Shown here one piece after another: positions 40,165-50,192 of a stretch of DNA of 64,000 bases; position 1 is the first letter of the stretch, and every line of letters begins with the position of its first letter. This DNA comes from Polyangiales bacterium. GTDB taxonomy: Bacteria > Myxococcota_A > Polyangia > Polyangiales > Polyangiaceae. The position numbers were made by a program, and so were the translations under genes. The notes below the pieces were generated by a model. It was not told the origin of the DNA. It worked only from the letters and a program-made list of their open reading frames with translations, and did not search any database. Where the stretch lies: the NCBI GenBank assembly GCA_038230375.1, contig JBBRNJ010000020.1:1-64000 (forward strand), written 5' to 3'.

Positions 40165-42527
40165 TGAGCCATCGCAAACGTACGCGCCGCGCGCTGCTGG
40201 CACTCTTGCTGCCACCGGTGATCGCGCTGTCCTGTCACGATCAGACCACGCCCGCGCCGCACGCTGCGCTGTCCGCCGCGAAGGAGCCTGCGGGCGGTGG
40301 CCACGACACGGCGGACGGCGGCGCGCGTGGCCACGCGGACGACGAGATCGCATCCGTGCTGTGGGATCCGCGCTTTGCAGACGCGAAAAAGATGCATTAT
40401 GCACATGATTTTCGTGGCGAGGCGACCGCGCTGCGCGACGGGATCGGCAAGGGCGGAATATCCCCCGCGGACCTGTGCGCGGTGGCCTATGCGGCCGGGC
40501 GCGCGGCCGTGGCAGCAGACGACTCACAAGGCGCGATCACCATGTTCGACATGGCGGCAAAGGACGGCTGTCCGCTGGCCTCTTACGCGAAGGTGCGTGG
40601 GGCACAGGCGAAGGCGCGCGTGGCCGGTGCCGACGTTGCGCTCGCGCAGGCGGTTTCGGTGTCGGACGCGCCGCTGCTGGAGGACGAACGCAACCTGGTG
40701 ATCGCCGACTGCAAGTGGGAGAAGGGCGGGCACGCAGATGCGGCGCCGCTCTACCGGGCGTGGCTCAAGAACAACCCGCGCGGCCTCCGCTGGGTGGACG
40801 TGGCGCTCAAGATCGCGGAGGTGGATCTGGAAGGCACGCCCGATGAGGCGCGCGCGAAGGACGCGTTCGAGCTGTCCACGCGCGTGCTGCTCGAGGCGCC
40901 GAAGCTGGAGCAAGACAAGGCGCAGGATCAGCGCCGGCGCGCCGCGCTCGCACGCAAGATGAGCCCGGACCTCACCTTCGACGAGCGCGGCCGACGCGCG
41001 CGCGGCCTGCTCGACACCGGAGAGACGCAGAAGGCTCTCGACCTTGCACGGAGCGTCCTTGCCGACACGCGAGCGTTGCCGGAAGAGAAGTGCCGCTCCG
41101 CCATGGTCCGCGCAGGCGCGGAGAAGGCCAAGCCCGCGTTGCTCACGGCGTGGACAGAGGCGGCGAAGCTCTGCGAGAAGAGTGACGACGACCTGGTGAC
41201 GGCGCTCTACAACGGCGCCAAGGTCGCCGCCAGCTTGAAGCGGGGCGCAGAGGCGCTCGCGCTCTTCGCGAAGGTGGAAGAGAAGTTCCCATCGCACCGG
41301 CTCGCGGACGACGCGATGTTCCGCTCCTCGCTCGTCATGAAGCAGATGGGCGACGACGCCAAGGTCGAAGCCACACTCTCCACCATCGTCGACAAGTACC
41401 CCACCGGTGACATGGCGGACGAAGGGCTCTTCCTTGCGGCCCTTGGGCACCTCGCGAAGAGCGACGATGCTGGCGCCAAGGGACACCTGGACAAGATCAT
41501 CGCGCGCGAGGCGGGACAGAACCGGCACTGGGCCACGGGCGGACGCGCGCCGTATTTCCGCGCGCGCATCACCGAGCGCGAGGGCAACACGGCGGACGCC
41601 AAGAAGGCCTACGTAGACATCATCACCGGCGTTCCGCTCGGGTATTACGCGTGGCTCGCGCAGGCACGGCTGGCGGCGCTGGACCCGGCCGCAGCGACAC
41701 AGGCGTTCTCGCTCGCCGAACAGAAGGATGACGCCGCCTCCGCCTCCCCCTCCCCACCCGGCGAGGAGCCCGAGCGCGACTCGTTCGTCCTGGGCAGGCG
41801 CCTCCTGGCCGTGGGCGAGGTCGACCTCGCGAAGCGCGCCATGGCCCAGCGCGGGCCGGACGCGAAGGACCTGAAGGACGACCTGGACGAAAAGGTGCAT
41901 ATTGCACGCATCCTGAGCCGCGGCCGCGAATGGGACGACGCGATCGCGTTCTCGCGCGGCAAGACGAGCGACCTCTACGCGCACTACCCGCGCGGCAAGT
42001 GGAAGGCCGCGTGGGAGGCAGCGTACCCGCGCGCATTCGAGGACGAGGTCGTCCAGGCCAGCGGCAAGAACGGCGTGCCCGTCATGCTCACGTGGGCGAT
42101 CATGCGGGAGGAGTCCTCCTTCATTCCGGATGTGAAGAGCCCCGCGAATGCGTTCGGCCTGATGCAGCTCATCCCGCCCACCGCCAAGATGGTCGCGCAG
42201 GGCACCAACCTTCCGATCGACGAGGCATCGTTGAAAAGGCCCGAGGTGTCGATCGCGCTCGGGACCAAGCTCCTCGCATCGCTGCGCTCCACGGAGGCGC
42301 ACCCGTTGCTCGCGATCGCTGCATACAATGGCGGCGGTGGTGCCGTGCGGCGCTGGCTCTCGGAGCTGCCGTCGAAGGACGTCGATCTGTTCGTGGAGCT
42401 CATTCCCTACGACGAGACGCGCGGCTACGTGAAGCGCGTGACCATGACAGAGCTCGTGTATGCGTACCTCTACGACCGGCAGGGCTATGACGAGCTCACG
42501 AAGATGCCGCTCACGATCGCACATTGA
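40161..42527 (+). CDS. slt: Soluble lytic transglycosylase with TPR repeats (lipoprotein)
   Basis: IMREESSF catalytic Glu, GLMQL, AYNGG, IPYDETRGYVK. Confidence 0.9.
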   Translation: MMSHRKRTRRALLALLLPPVIALSCHDQTTPAPHAALSAAKEPAGGGHDTADGGARGHADDEIASVLWDPRFADAKKMHYAHDFRGEATALRDGIGKGGISPADLCAVAYAAGRAAVAADDSQGAITMFDMAAKDGCPLASYAKVRGAQAKARVAGADVALAQAVSVSDAPLLEDERNLVIADCKWEKGGHADAAPLYRAWLKNNPRGLRWVDVALKIAEVDLEGTPDEARAKDAFELSTRVLLEAPKLEQDKAQDQRRRAALARKMSPDLTFDERGRRARGLLDTGETQKALDLARSVLADTRALPEEKCRSAMVRAGAEKAKPALLTAWTEAAKLCEKSDDDLVTALYNGAKVAASLKRGAEALALFAKVEEKFPSHRLADDAMFRSSLVMKQMGDDAKVEATLSTIVDKYPTGDMADEGLFLAALGHLAKSDDAGAKGHLDKIIAREAGQNRHWATGGRAPYFRARITEREGNTADAKKAYVDIITGVPLGYYAWLAQARLAALDPAAATQAFSLAEQKDDAASASPSPPGEEPERDSFVLGRRLLAVGEVDLAKRAMAQRGPDAKDLKDDLDEKVHIARILSRGREWDDAIAFSRGKTSDLYAHYPRGKWKAAWEAAYPRAFEDEVVQASGKNGVPVMLTWAIMREESSFIPDVKSPANAFGLMQLIPPTAKMVAQGTNLPIDEASLKRPEVSIALGTKLLASLRSTEAHPLLAIAAYNGGGGAVRRWLSELPSKDVDLFVELIPYDETRGYVKRVTMTELVYAYLYDRQGYDELTKMPLTIAH
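40392..40404. promoter_or_regulatory. TGYA-N3-TRCA palindrome site (slt)
   Basis: aaaaagATGCATTATGCACatgatttt. Confidence 0.7.
41895..41907. promoter_or_regulatory. TGYA-N3-TRCA palindrome site (slt)
   Basis: GTGCATATTGCACgcat. Confidence 0.7.
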
Positions 42528-45196
42528 CGTCCATGACCATGGAGCGCGAGCGCCTCGTCATCGTGCCCACGGAGAGTCACGTGCTGTTCTTTGCGCGCGC
42601 GGGCGTGCATGCGGAGACGCGGCGCGCCCTTTTCCGCAGGCTGGCAGCCGCCCTGCTATCGGGTGCTGACACACCCGCGATCGCCACGCGCGTCGAGGCG
42701 GAGCTCGCCGCATCGCACGCTCATGGAAGCCCGCGGCTCGCGCGCGCAGCGGAGCGCGCCATGGACCTCCTCGTGGACGCGCACGGCGACACCGTCGCGG
42801 CGATGAGGATGCTGCCGAAGACTCGCCTGCGCGGCCTGCAAAAGGGCGTAAAGCAAGCGCGGGAGCGGCTCCTGGCCCGGGGCCTGCTTCATCCGCGCGA
42901 GACGCCGGCGCGGCTCGCACAGGCGATCGCAGAAACCGAACCTACGCGCATGGCGGCGCTGTGCGGCGCGCGTCACGTGGAGGCCCGCTTCATCCACGAC
43001 TTGTCTGCGAGCGATGGCGTTTTTTTTCGCGCGCTGGATGCCGCTCTCTCTCGCGCGGGTGGATCTGCCGCCGTGGTGCTGCCCGAACTGGACGCGCGCT
43101 TCGACGCCGCACGCGAGGAGAGCCCGCACGAACGCATAGCCATGGCGTGCGCCCGCGAGCTGGACGCAGCACCCCGATTCGTGACGGTCACCGTCCCCTC
43201 CACCTGGGCGATCTCGGCGCCCGCGGAGGTCGTCGCGAAGACCTCGCTGATCCGCGCCGCAGACCGCGCCGCCGAGGTGAGCGCGTGCGCCGCGTTGGTG
43301 AAGGACGCGAAGGAGCGCGGCGTCCCGCTCGACGAGATCGGCATCGCCCTGCCCCTGCGCGGCGGCCTGATGGAAGCGGAGCTCGCACGCGCTCTCGCAG
43401 AGCACGGTCTCCGATCAAGCCACGCCGACCCCGAGCTTGGCGACGATCCCACCGTGCGGCGCTTCGAAAAGCGCCTGCGCGAGAAGCTCCCCGCGCGCGC
43501 CACACGGGCTGCGTACCTTGCGCTTTGTGCGGCCGAGATCGCGGAGTCCGAGGAGGCGCAGCGCGGTGGCGTGGGCGCATTCGGTGTCCTTGCCACGGAC
43601 GCAACGCCCGACGCCCTGGGCCGCACGGAGCTCACAGCCCTCACGCGCGCGGCGGCAGCGTGGGACGCTCTCGCATTCGCGGACTACGCGGCCGCGACGA
43701 AGCGCCTGGGCATTGCGGACGAAGAGCTCGCGCTCGGCGCATTCCTGCTGGAAACAAGGGCCTCGCTGCCCAGCCCCCGCGATCCGGCGACGCGACGCGT
43801 AGCCGCGGTGCGAATCGGCACGCTCACGGATTTCGTCGGGCTGCCAATGGGCCTGCTGATCGTGGCCGCGTCGAACGACCGCGTGGACGGCGCGGAGAAT
43901 GCAGTGATCGCCGACCCGCTGGTGAGGCGCCTCTTGGACGAGCGCCGCGCCGCTCACGCCGTGTCCGTCGCCACGTGTCTGGACGCCGCGCGCACCGTCG
44001 TCTTCTCGTTCCAGGCCCGCGACGAGGACGGCGGCGAGCTGGCACCTGCGCCGTACGCGGCCTGGCTGGAGCGCGGCGGCGCGAGCGTGCTCTCCGTGGG
44101 TGCTTCGCCGCTCGGACCGGGACGCGGCGCACCACGCGATCTGCGGCTGCGCGCCTTCGCCGGCGATCACGCGCTGGGCAGGAGGCTCGCGCCGGACGCG
44201 GCGATGCGCGCAGAGGTGGAGCTCACGCGCGAGCAATTCTTCCTGGACCCGTCGCGCACCGCCACCGCACTCACGGGGCTACTCCGGCCCACGCCTGCGC
44301 TGGCCCACATCCTTGCGACGGAGACCGGAGCCGAGCGCGCCATCTCGGTCACCGCCGTGGAGCACATGGCGCAATGCGGGTTCGTGGGCTTTGCCGAATG
44401 CGTTCTGGGCGCACGCGAGAAGGCCGAGGAGGAGCGCCTGCCCAGCGTCCGCGACGAAGGCACGCTCGTTCACGAGGCGCTCGCCCGCGCGTTCAATGCG
44501 TGCAAACTGCATCTTTCCCTTCCACCGTCGCGACGAGACACGGAGGAGATCATCGCGCTCGGCCTGGGTGCGGCGAATGCCGGCTTCGCCGAGGAGACGC
44601 CGGAGGTCATCCGGGCGCGGGTGCGCGCCTCCGTGCAGGCACTGCTGGCCGTCGCGCTCGAGGACGTGACCTACACGTTCCAGCACGCGGAGCAGGGCTT
44701 CGGAGGCCATGACTCGCCGTGGCCTGCACATCGCATCACCGATGGCGGTCGAACGCTCATGGTGCGCGGACAGATCGATCGCGTGGACGTCAGCGCTGGG
44801 TCCGTGCGCGTCATCGACTACAAGCGCCGCACTGGCACCATCAAGAAGGTGCTCAGAAAGCTGGGCGAAACGAGCCTCCAGGTGCCGCTCTATGCGTGCG
44901 TGGCAGCGCGCGTGCTCGGGCGACAGAAGGGCGAGAGCGGGTTCTTGCCCACGGACCCGCGCGATCTCGGCGATGCGGGGACGCCGCCGCGCGGCTTGTC
45001 GGACGCCATGGCGCGGGTCCTTGCAGAGGAGGACGGGCTCGCCGTCATCGAGCGGCGGGCGCTCGACATCGTGACCACCCTCCGTGCGGGTGACGTGCGC
45101 CCGTTGCCGCGCGACCCGAACCAGTGCGGCTATTGCGCACATGACGGCGGCTGCCGTAAGCCGCGCTTCACGATCGAGCACGAGCACGAGGACTGA
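42524..45196 (+). CDS. AddB/RexB-like PD-(D/E)XK nuclease with an Fe-S cysteine staple
   Basis: ISVTAVE...CGF, GTLVHEAL, RGQIDRVD, VIDYK, CGYCAHDGGC; degenerate helicase-like N-terminus. Confidence 0.8.
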   Translation: MTSMTMERERLVIVPTESHVLFFARAGVHAETRRALFRRLAAALLSGADTPAIATRVEAELAASHAHGSPRLARAAERAMDLLVDAHGDTVAAMRMLPKTRLRGLQKGVKQARERLLARGLLHPRETPARLAQAIAETEPTRMAALCGARHVEARFIHDLSASDGVFFRALDAALSRAGGSAAVVLPELDARFDAAREESPHERIAMACARELDAAPRFVTVTVPSTWAISAPAEVVAKTSLIRAADRAAEVSACAALVKDAKERGVPLDEIGIALPLRGGLMEAELARALAEHGLRSSHADPELGDDPTVRRFEKRLREKLPARATRAAYLALCAAEIAESEEAQRGGVGAFGVLATDATPDALGRTELTALTRAAAAWDALAFADYAAATKRLGIADEELALGAFLLETRASLPSPRDPATRRVAAVRIGTLTDFVGLPMGLLIVAASNDRVDGAENAVIADPLVRRLLDERRAAHAVSVATCLDAARTVVFSFQARDEDGGELAPAPYAAWLERGGASVLSVGASPLGPGRGAPRDLRLRAFAGDHALGRRLAPDAAMRAEVELTREQFFLDPSRTATALTGLLRPTPALAHILATETGAERAISVTAVEHMAQCGFVGFAECVLGAREKAEEERLPSVRDEGTLVHEALARAFNACKLHLSLPPSRRDTEEIIALGLGAANAGFAEETPEVIRARVRASVQALLAVALEDVTYTFQHAEQGFGGHDSPWPAHRITDGGRTLMVRGQIDRVDVSAGSVRVIDYKRRTGTIKKVLRKLGETSLQVPLYACVAARVLGRQKGESGFLPTDPRDLGDAGTPPRGLSDAMARVLAEEDGLAVIERRALDIVTTLRAGDVRPLPRDPNQCGYCAHDGGCRKPRFTIEHEHED
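44500..44512. promoter_or_regulatory. TGYA-N3-TRCA palindrome site
   Basis: aatgcGTGCAAACTGCAT. Confidence 0.65.
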
Positions 45197-45202
45197 GCTC
45201 GT

Positions 45203-46156
45203 TCAGACGAAGCGCACCGGTACGCCCAGCTCGTTCGCCTCTCGCGCGACGGTGGAGAGCCCCTCGGCCCTGGACGCGATGACGAGCTCATCCGAGGCCG
45301 CCATCCACAGCGCGGCCTCCGCGCGCGTGGTCTTCCCGACGAAGGTGGCGGAGACGCCGCGCACGCGTGCGTAGTGCTCCAGGAAACGGCGCTCGGGTCC
45401 ATCCCCCACGACCACCACGTGTGTGCGAGGCCCGCATGCATGGGCGTAGTCGAGCGCGCGGTCGACGCTCTTGCCCTTGGTGAGGCGGCCCACGACGGAG
45501 ACCACTGTCTCCGCCTTCATCGCGCTCCGACGCGCACGCGCGAGCGCCGGGTCGACCGCTGGCATCTCGAAGGGCGATGAGCGCACCTCCGCGATGCGCA
45601 TGACCACGCGCTCATCCGCGATCGAGAGCGCCGACAGCAGAGAATCGCGAAGGCTCTGCGACACGAAGCGCCACGTCGTCATGGCCCGCGCGAGGCGCCT
45701 GACGACGGACGAGCGGACGGCTCGTGGCATGCGCAGCAGCAGCCTGACGTCTGCGCCATGCGAAACGCCGATCACCGGCGTACCGACCGGCTCACCCGCT
45801 CGGGCGATCGGCCAGACCGAAGGCAGCACCCAGTGCGCCACGATCACATCCGCCGGCAAGGTCGCGACGGCGTTGCGTGCATAATACACCCATTCGAGCG
45901 CGCCGCCGATCGCAAGGGGTGAGCGGGCGAGCCGAGCCGCAACGCCGGGCCAGCCGAACGCAGCTCCGCCGTGGAGAGCACACACGACCAGGCCATCGTC
46001 GTCGCGCACGCCGACGCCGGCAGCGCTGGACGCCGGGCAGACGACGGTCACGAGATCGCCGCTCGCAGCGTGTGCCTTCGCTTCGGCTCGGACGAAGTGC
46101 CCCGCCGGATCGTCTGGCCCGTCGGGGTAGCTCGTGGTGACGAACGTGACGCGCAC
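45203..46156 (-). CDS. Glycosyltransferase family 4
   Basis: VTTSYP....G.FV, HGADV, VGRL...K, VGDGPER, SRAEGL..V.REA..LGVPV. Confidence 0.88.
   Translation of the reverse strand: MRVTFVTTSYPDGPDDPAGHFVRAEAKAHAASGDLVTVVCPASSAAGVGVRDDDGLVVCALHGGAAFGWPGVAARLARSPLAIGGALEWVYYARNAVATLPADVIVAHWVLPSVWPIARAGEPVGTPVIGVSHGADVRLLLRMPRAVRSSVVRRLARAMTTWRFVSQSLRDSLLSALSIADERVVMRIAEVRSSPFEMPAVDPALARARRSAMKAETVVSVVGRLTKGKSVDRALDYAHACGPRTHVVVVGDGPERRFLEHYARVRGVSATFVGKTTRAEAALWMAASDELVIASRAEGLSTVAREANELGVPVRFV
45877..45889. promoter_or_regulatory. TGYA-N3-TRCA palindrome site
   Basis: ttgcGTGCATAATACACccatt. Confidence 0.7.
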
Positions 46157-46328
46157 GCGCGAGTCGATAGCATCCCCCGAGGTCGCGTGTCTCTCGCCGA
46201 TGACGGGGGGTACAGCACCATGGATCACGAAGATCCGCGCCCACGCCCTCCTACATGCGCGCCACAGCGGAAATATCCGCGCAATTGGTTGACCCTCGGG
46301 TGGCGTGGATCTTGTTTCAAGGGTGGGC

Positions 46329-47399
46329 ATGCGACGTCTTGAGCCAGGTCCTGTGGTCGTGTTGGGTGTGCCCCGAGTCAGGGCAGCTCGACCGGTTGCG
46401 CAGCAGATCGTGGCGCCGCCCTCGGTGCCGAACCAGGAGACCGAGATCAGCGTCGACGTCGAACTGCAGTCAGAGCCCATCCGTACTCCCCTTCGTGCCG
46501 CTGCTCCGCGGTCGGGGTCGGTGTCCATGTACCTGCCCAAGTCGGCGCCCGCGATCGCACCGTCCTCCGCCCCGGTCTCCGTGCGCATCTCGTCCTCCCC
46601 GGTGCGCCCGTCGACAGCGCGACGCATGTCGGCGCCCACCATGCGCGTCTCGGCCGCTCCGTCGCGCTCGCACCATGCGACTCCGCTGTCAGCGTTCGCG
46701 CTCACGCCGGCGGAGGGCGTGGCACTCCCGCCCCGCGACGCGGAGCAGGTCGATGCGATCGCGTGGCTCGCACGCACGGCGCGCAGCATTCCCACGCGCG
46801 TGGCCGAACATCTCGTGACGTTCGGTGTGGCGATGTTCTCGTTCGCGTTCCTGGCTGCGGTGATCGCGACGTTCGGTGGGAGCGACGTGCTGCCCCAGCG
46901 AGCAGCAGCCGCGACCGAGGAACCGCGTGCAGGATACACCCGACCGTTCGTCGAGAAGCTGTCGACGGGTGCCATGCCGCAGGCCGAGAGCGGGCTGATG
47001 GCAGCGCCGCAGCCGCTCCAGATGATGCAGGTGAAGTCTTCGTCGCGGACCAGTCACGCGGCCGCACCGGCCGTCGCGATCGCCGCCCCCGAAGCCGCAC
47101 GTCGCGCGCCCGTACTGCCGCCCGCTGGGGCCGACATTCCGATGGAGCGCGAGCCCGTTCGCGCAGTGGTCACGACCGCAGCCCCTCCCGTCGCTGCACC
47201 GCAGCCCGCGGCGCCTGCCACGAAACCGCCGCCCGCAGCGCCTGCCGCGAGGTCGCTGACAGCGACCCGGCCTTCGACTCCGCGCACTGCAGCGGCGCCG
47301 TCGGAGCCGCGCGCGCACAAGGATCCCTCCGAGTCGGGGCTGGCGCAGCGCGCGCTCGACGAAGCACGGCACGAAGACACGAGCCTTGGCGGCCACTGA
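46329..47399 (+). CDS. Pro/Ala/Ser-rich single-pass membrane protein
   Basis: One TM segment LVTFGVAMFSFAFLAAVIATF flanked by low-complexity regions. Confidence 0.55.
   Translation: MRRLEPGPVVVLGVPRVRAARPVAQQIVAPPSVPNQETEISVDVELQSEPIRTPLRAAAPRSGSVSMYLPKSAPAIAPSSAPVSVRISSSPVRPSTARRMSAPTMRVSAAPSRSHHATPLSAFALTPAEGVALPPRDAEQVDAIAWLARTARSIPTRVAEHLVTFGVAMFSFAFLAAVIATFGGSDVLPQRAAAATEEPRAGYTRPFVEKLSTGAMPQAESGLMAAPQPLQMMQVKSSSRTSHAAAPAVAIAAPEAARRAPVLPPAGADIPMEREPVRAVVTTAAPPVAAPQPAAPATKPPPAAPAARSLTATRPSTPRTAAAPSEPRAHKDPSESGLAQRALDEARHEDTSLGGH
46927..46939. promoter_or_regulatory. TGYA-N3-TRCA palindrome site
   Basis: GTGCAGGATACAC. Confidence 0.65.
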
Positions 47400-47446
47400 T
47401 CACGCTCGCACTGGCGAAGCCACCATGGATCGGGCAGGATACCCGT

Positions 47447-48046
47447 ATGCTTGGTGTTCGCTCTTTTGCTTGGTCCACGCTCGCGCTTGCTTCCACCCTG
47501 GCCGCTGCTCTCGCGGCGTGCGGCGGAGGCTCCACCACCGGCATTGGCCCCGACCCCGACGGAGGCACCGACGCGAGCGCAACGGATGACGGTGGTAGTG
47601 AAGGCGGCGGCGGCACTGTATGCACCAGCGGCAAGACGTGGACGCGCGGCACCATCGGCAGCGAGCTCATGCGCCCTGGTGACACGTGCATCACGTGCCA
47701 CAAGAGCTCCAACGGCGCGCCCGAGTTCCTGATCGCCGGCACCGTGTACCCCACGCGCCACGAGCCGCTGCTCTGCAACGGGCTCACGGGCATCACCGTC
47801 ACCATCACGGACGCGAAGGGCGCGCAGACGATCCTCAAGTCGAACTCGGTCGGCAACTTCGCGTGCGGACCGGTGGCACGAAGCGGATTCCCGATGTGCA
47901 ATCCCACGTTCCCGGTATCCGCGCGCGTCGATGGTCCGGGCGGGAAGACTGCATCCATGATCGATCCGCAGATGACGGGCGATTGCAACACGTGCCACAC
48001 CGAGGCCGGCCTGAACAACGCGCCCGGCCGCATCTCTGCGCAGTAG
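47447..48046 (+). CDS. Di-heme c-type cytochrome lipoprotein
   Basis: LAAC lipobox; CITCH and CNTCH heme-binding motifs. Confidence 0.85.
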   Translation: MLGVRSFAWSTLALASTLAAALAACGGGSTTGIGPDPDGGTDASATDDGGSEGGGGTVCTSGKTWTRGTIGSELMRPGDTCITCHKSSNGAPEFLIAGTVYPTRHEPLLCNGLTGITVTITDAKGAQTILKSNSVGNFACGPVARSGFPMCNPTFPVSARVDGPGGKTASMIDPQMTGDCNTCHTEAGLNNAPGRISAQ

Positions 48047-48076
48047 CTACCCCGAGCCTCACGGGCCTTGCGACTC

Positions 48077-49090
48077 TCACGCAACGTGGACGATCTTCCC
48101 TTCGAGGCCGCCACGCTCCAGGAGCTCGTTCGCCTCGCGCGCGGCAAGGAGCGGCAGTCGCTTCGCGATCCTTGGCGACAGCTTCTTCGCCTGGAGCAGC
48201 GCGACGAGCGTGGGGAGATCTTCGCGGAACGGCGCCTTGTCCGCGCGATATAGCCTGGTGATGCCATAGAAGGCGCCGCGACGTCCGGCGAGCCGCGAGC
48301 CCACGAAGAGCGAGAGCATGCCGGAGAGGGTCCGGAGCAGACTTGGTGTTCCGTCCTTGCCGGCCGTCGCGGAGAAGCCATAGCCAACGACCAGGCCGCC
48401 GCGCTTCGTCGCGCGCACGCACTGACCAAGGTATGCGCCCCCGAGCCCGTCGAACGCCACGTCCACGCCCTGGGCCAGGACTTCATGCAGCGCGACGTCG
48501 ACCGGGACCTTGCGGCTCTCGATCGGGATGGCCCCCAACGAGCGCACATACCCGTGACGTGTCGACGAAGCTGCACCGTAGACGGTCACCCCGGCGAGCA
48601 GGAGGAGCTCGATCATCGCGCTGCCAACGCCACCGCTCGCGCCCGTGACCAGCGCGGTCTGCCCGGCCTTGATCCGCGCCGTGCGGTGGATGGCCTGGTA
48701 CGCGGTCACGTAGTTCAAGATGAGCGCGACCACTGCGTCGTCGGACGGCCCCTCGGGGATCTCCACGAAGTCTTCGGCTGCGCGCGTGAGCTTCTCGGCG
48801 TAGCCACCGAACACGGTCAGTGCTGCAACACGCTGCCCCTCGCGAAGCTGGGTGACGTTCGCGCCGACCTTCTCCACGCGTCCGACGATCTCGTAGCCGG
48901 GCACGAACGGGAGCTTCGGCGCGTACGGGTAGTAGCCGCGACGCATGGTCAGGTCGGTGCCGCCTGCGCCCACTGCGGACACGGCAACGCGGACCTCGTC
49001 TGGCCCGGGCTCCATCAAGGGCAGCTCCATCTCGCGGAGAACCTCGGGACCACCCTTCTTCGTCAGCATCACGGCTCGGTACGTTTCCAT
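48077..49090 (-). CDS. Medium-chain dehydrogenase/quinone oxidoreductase
   Basis: GGPEVL, PFVPGYE, GASGGVG, GKIV. Confidence 0.9.
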   Translation of the reverse strand: METYRAVMLTKKGGPEVLREMELPLMEPGPDEVRVAVSAVGAGGTDLTMRRGYYPYAPKLPFVPGYEIVGRVEKVGANVTQLREGQRVAALTVFGGYAEKLTRAAEDFVEIPEGPSDDAVVALILNYVTAYQAIHRTARIKAGQTALVTGASGGVGSAMIELLLLAGVTVYGAASSTRHGYVRSLGAIPIESRKVPVDVALHEVLAQGVDVAFDGLGGAYLGQCVRATKRGGLVVGYGFSATAGKDGTPSLLRTLSGMLSLFVGSRLAGRRGAFYGITRLYRADKAPFREDLPTLVALLQAKKLSPRIAKRLPLLAAREANELLERGGLEGKIVHVA

Positions 49091-49209
49091 GAGGTCACAG
49101 TGCATCCGTGCCTCCGTGTTCGGAAGATGCGTTCATGCAACGAACCATTGCGCCATTGCGCACATCGGCGAACACCCCTAGAATTCCTGCGTATCGAAGG
49201 GAGCGACGC

Positions 49210-50106
49210 TTGCACTGGGACGACGTTCGCGTGTTCCTCGCCGTGTGCGAGAAGAAGAGCCTTGCCATCGGCGCGAAGGACGCTGGGCTGGATCGCTCCA
49301 CGGCGAGCCGCCGCATCGCGGCACTGGAGACGGCGCTTGGCTCGCGTCTCTTCCTGCGCACGCGTGATGGGCTGCGGCCTTCGCCTGCGGGACTCCGCCT
49401 CCAGGTGCACGCGCAGCGCATGGCGGACGAAGCGCGCGCCTTCCGTGCGTCCGCGGAGGACACGAGCAGCGTGGTCGGTCGCGTACGCGTGGCGACAACG
49501 GAGTCCATCGCGGCGATGCTGGTGCGCGAAGGGCTCTTGCGCCTTCGCGAGCGTCACCCGCGGCTGGAGCTCGAGCTCTTGGGTGGTAACCGGGTGCTCG
49601 ATCTCGCGCGCGGCGAGGCCGACCTGGGGCTCCGCGTGGTGAAGGTCGCCGAGCCCAGCCTCAAGGTTCGTCGCGTGGCGAAGCTCCCGTTCGCGCTGTT
49701 CGCGAGCGAGGCGTACGTGCGACAACGCGGCCGTCCGCGAACCGATGCGGAGCTCGCCGGTCACGACGTGATCACGATGGCCGCGGAGCTGGCGAACCTT
49801 CCAGAGTCGCGCTGGCTGGAGGCGCGCCCAGGAGTGCATGTTGTGCTTCGAACCAGCAGTATGACCGCGATGCTCACCGCCATTCTGGACGGGTTTGGCG
49901 TGGGCGCCGTGACCGGGCCGTGGGGGGAGCGCGAGCTCTCACTCTGCAAGCTGATGGACCTTCCGCACATCCCGGCGCGTCCCCTGTTCCTGGTGATGCA
50001 TCCAGACGCCGCGTCGCGACCAGCTGTACGGGCAGTGGCCGACGCGATCACCGCGATCTTCGCGAATGGCGGGACCACGCGGGTGCGAGCCTCTGCGCTG
50101 CGGTAG
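49210..50106 (+). CDS. LysR-family regulator, divergent from the MDR gene
   Basis: WDDVRVFLAV HTH, STASRRIAALE..LG..LF.R; AGGGAG RBS before TTG 49210. Confidence 0.92.
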   Translation: MHWDDVRVFLAVCEKKSLAIGAKDAGLDRSTASRRIAALETALGSRLFLRTRDGLRPSPAGLRLQVHAQRMADEARAFRASAEDTSSVVGRVRVATTESIAAMLVREGLLRLRERHPRLELELLGGNRVLDLARGEADLGLRVVKVAEPSLKVRRVAKLPFALFASEAYVRQRGRPRTDAELAGHDVITMAAELANLPESRWLEARPGVHVVLRTSSMTAMLTAILDGFGVGAVTGPWGERELSLCKLMDLPHIPARPLFLVMHPDAASRPAVRAVADAITAIFANGGTTRVRASALR

Positions 50107-50192
50107 CCGCGGGCAGACCACTCAGGGCCCACTTGCGACCGCTCGTCGCATGCCACCTTGTCCCACGCCGCGCTGGACCTCACGCCAAGGAC

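Noticed and set aside
43020..43027. T8 tract in the AddB-like gene as a phase-variation switch
   Set aside because: In frame (GTT TTT TTT), short, and no evidence of length variation.
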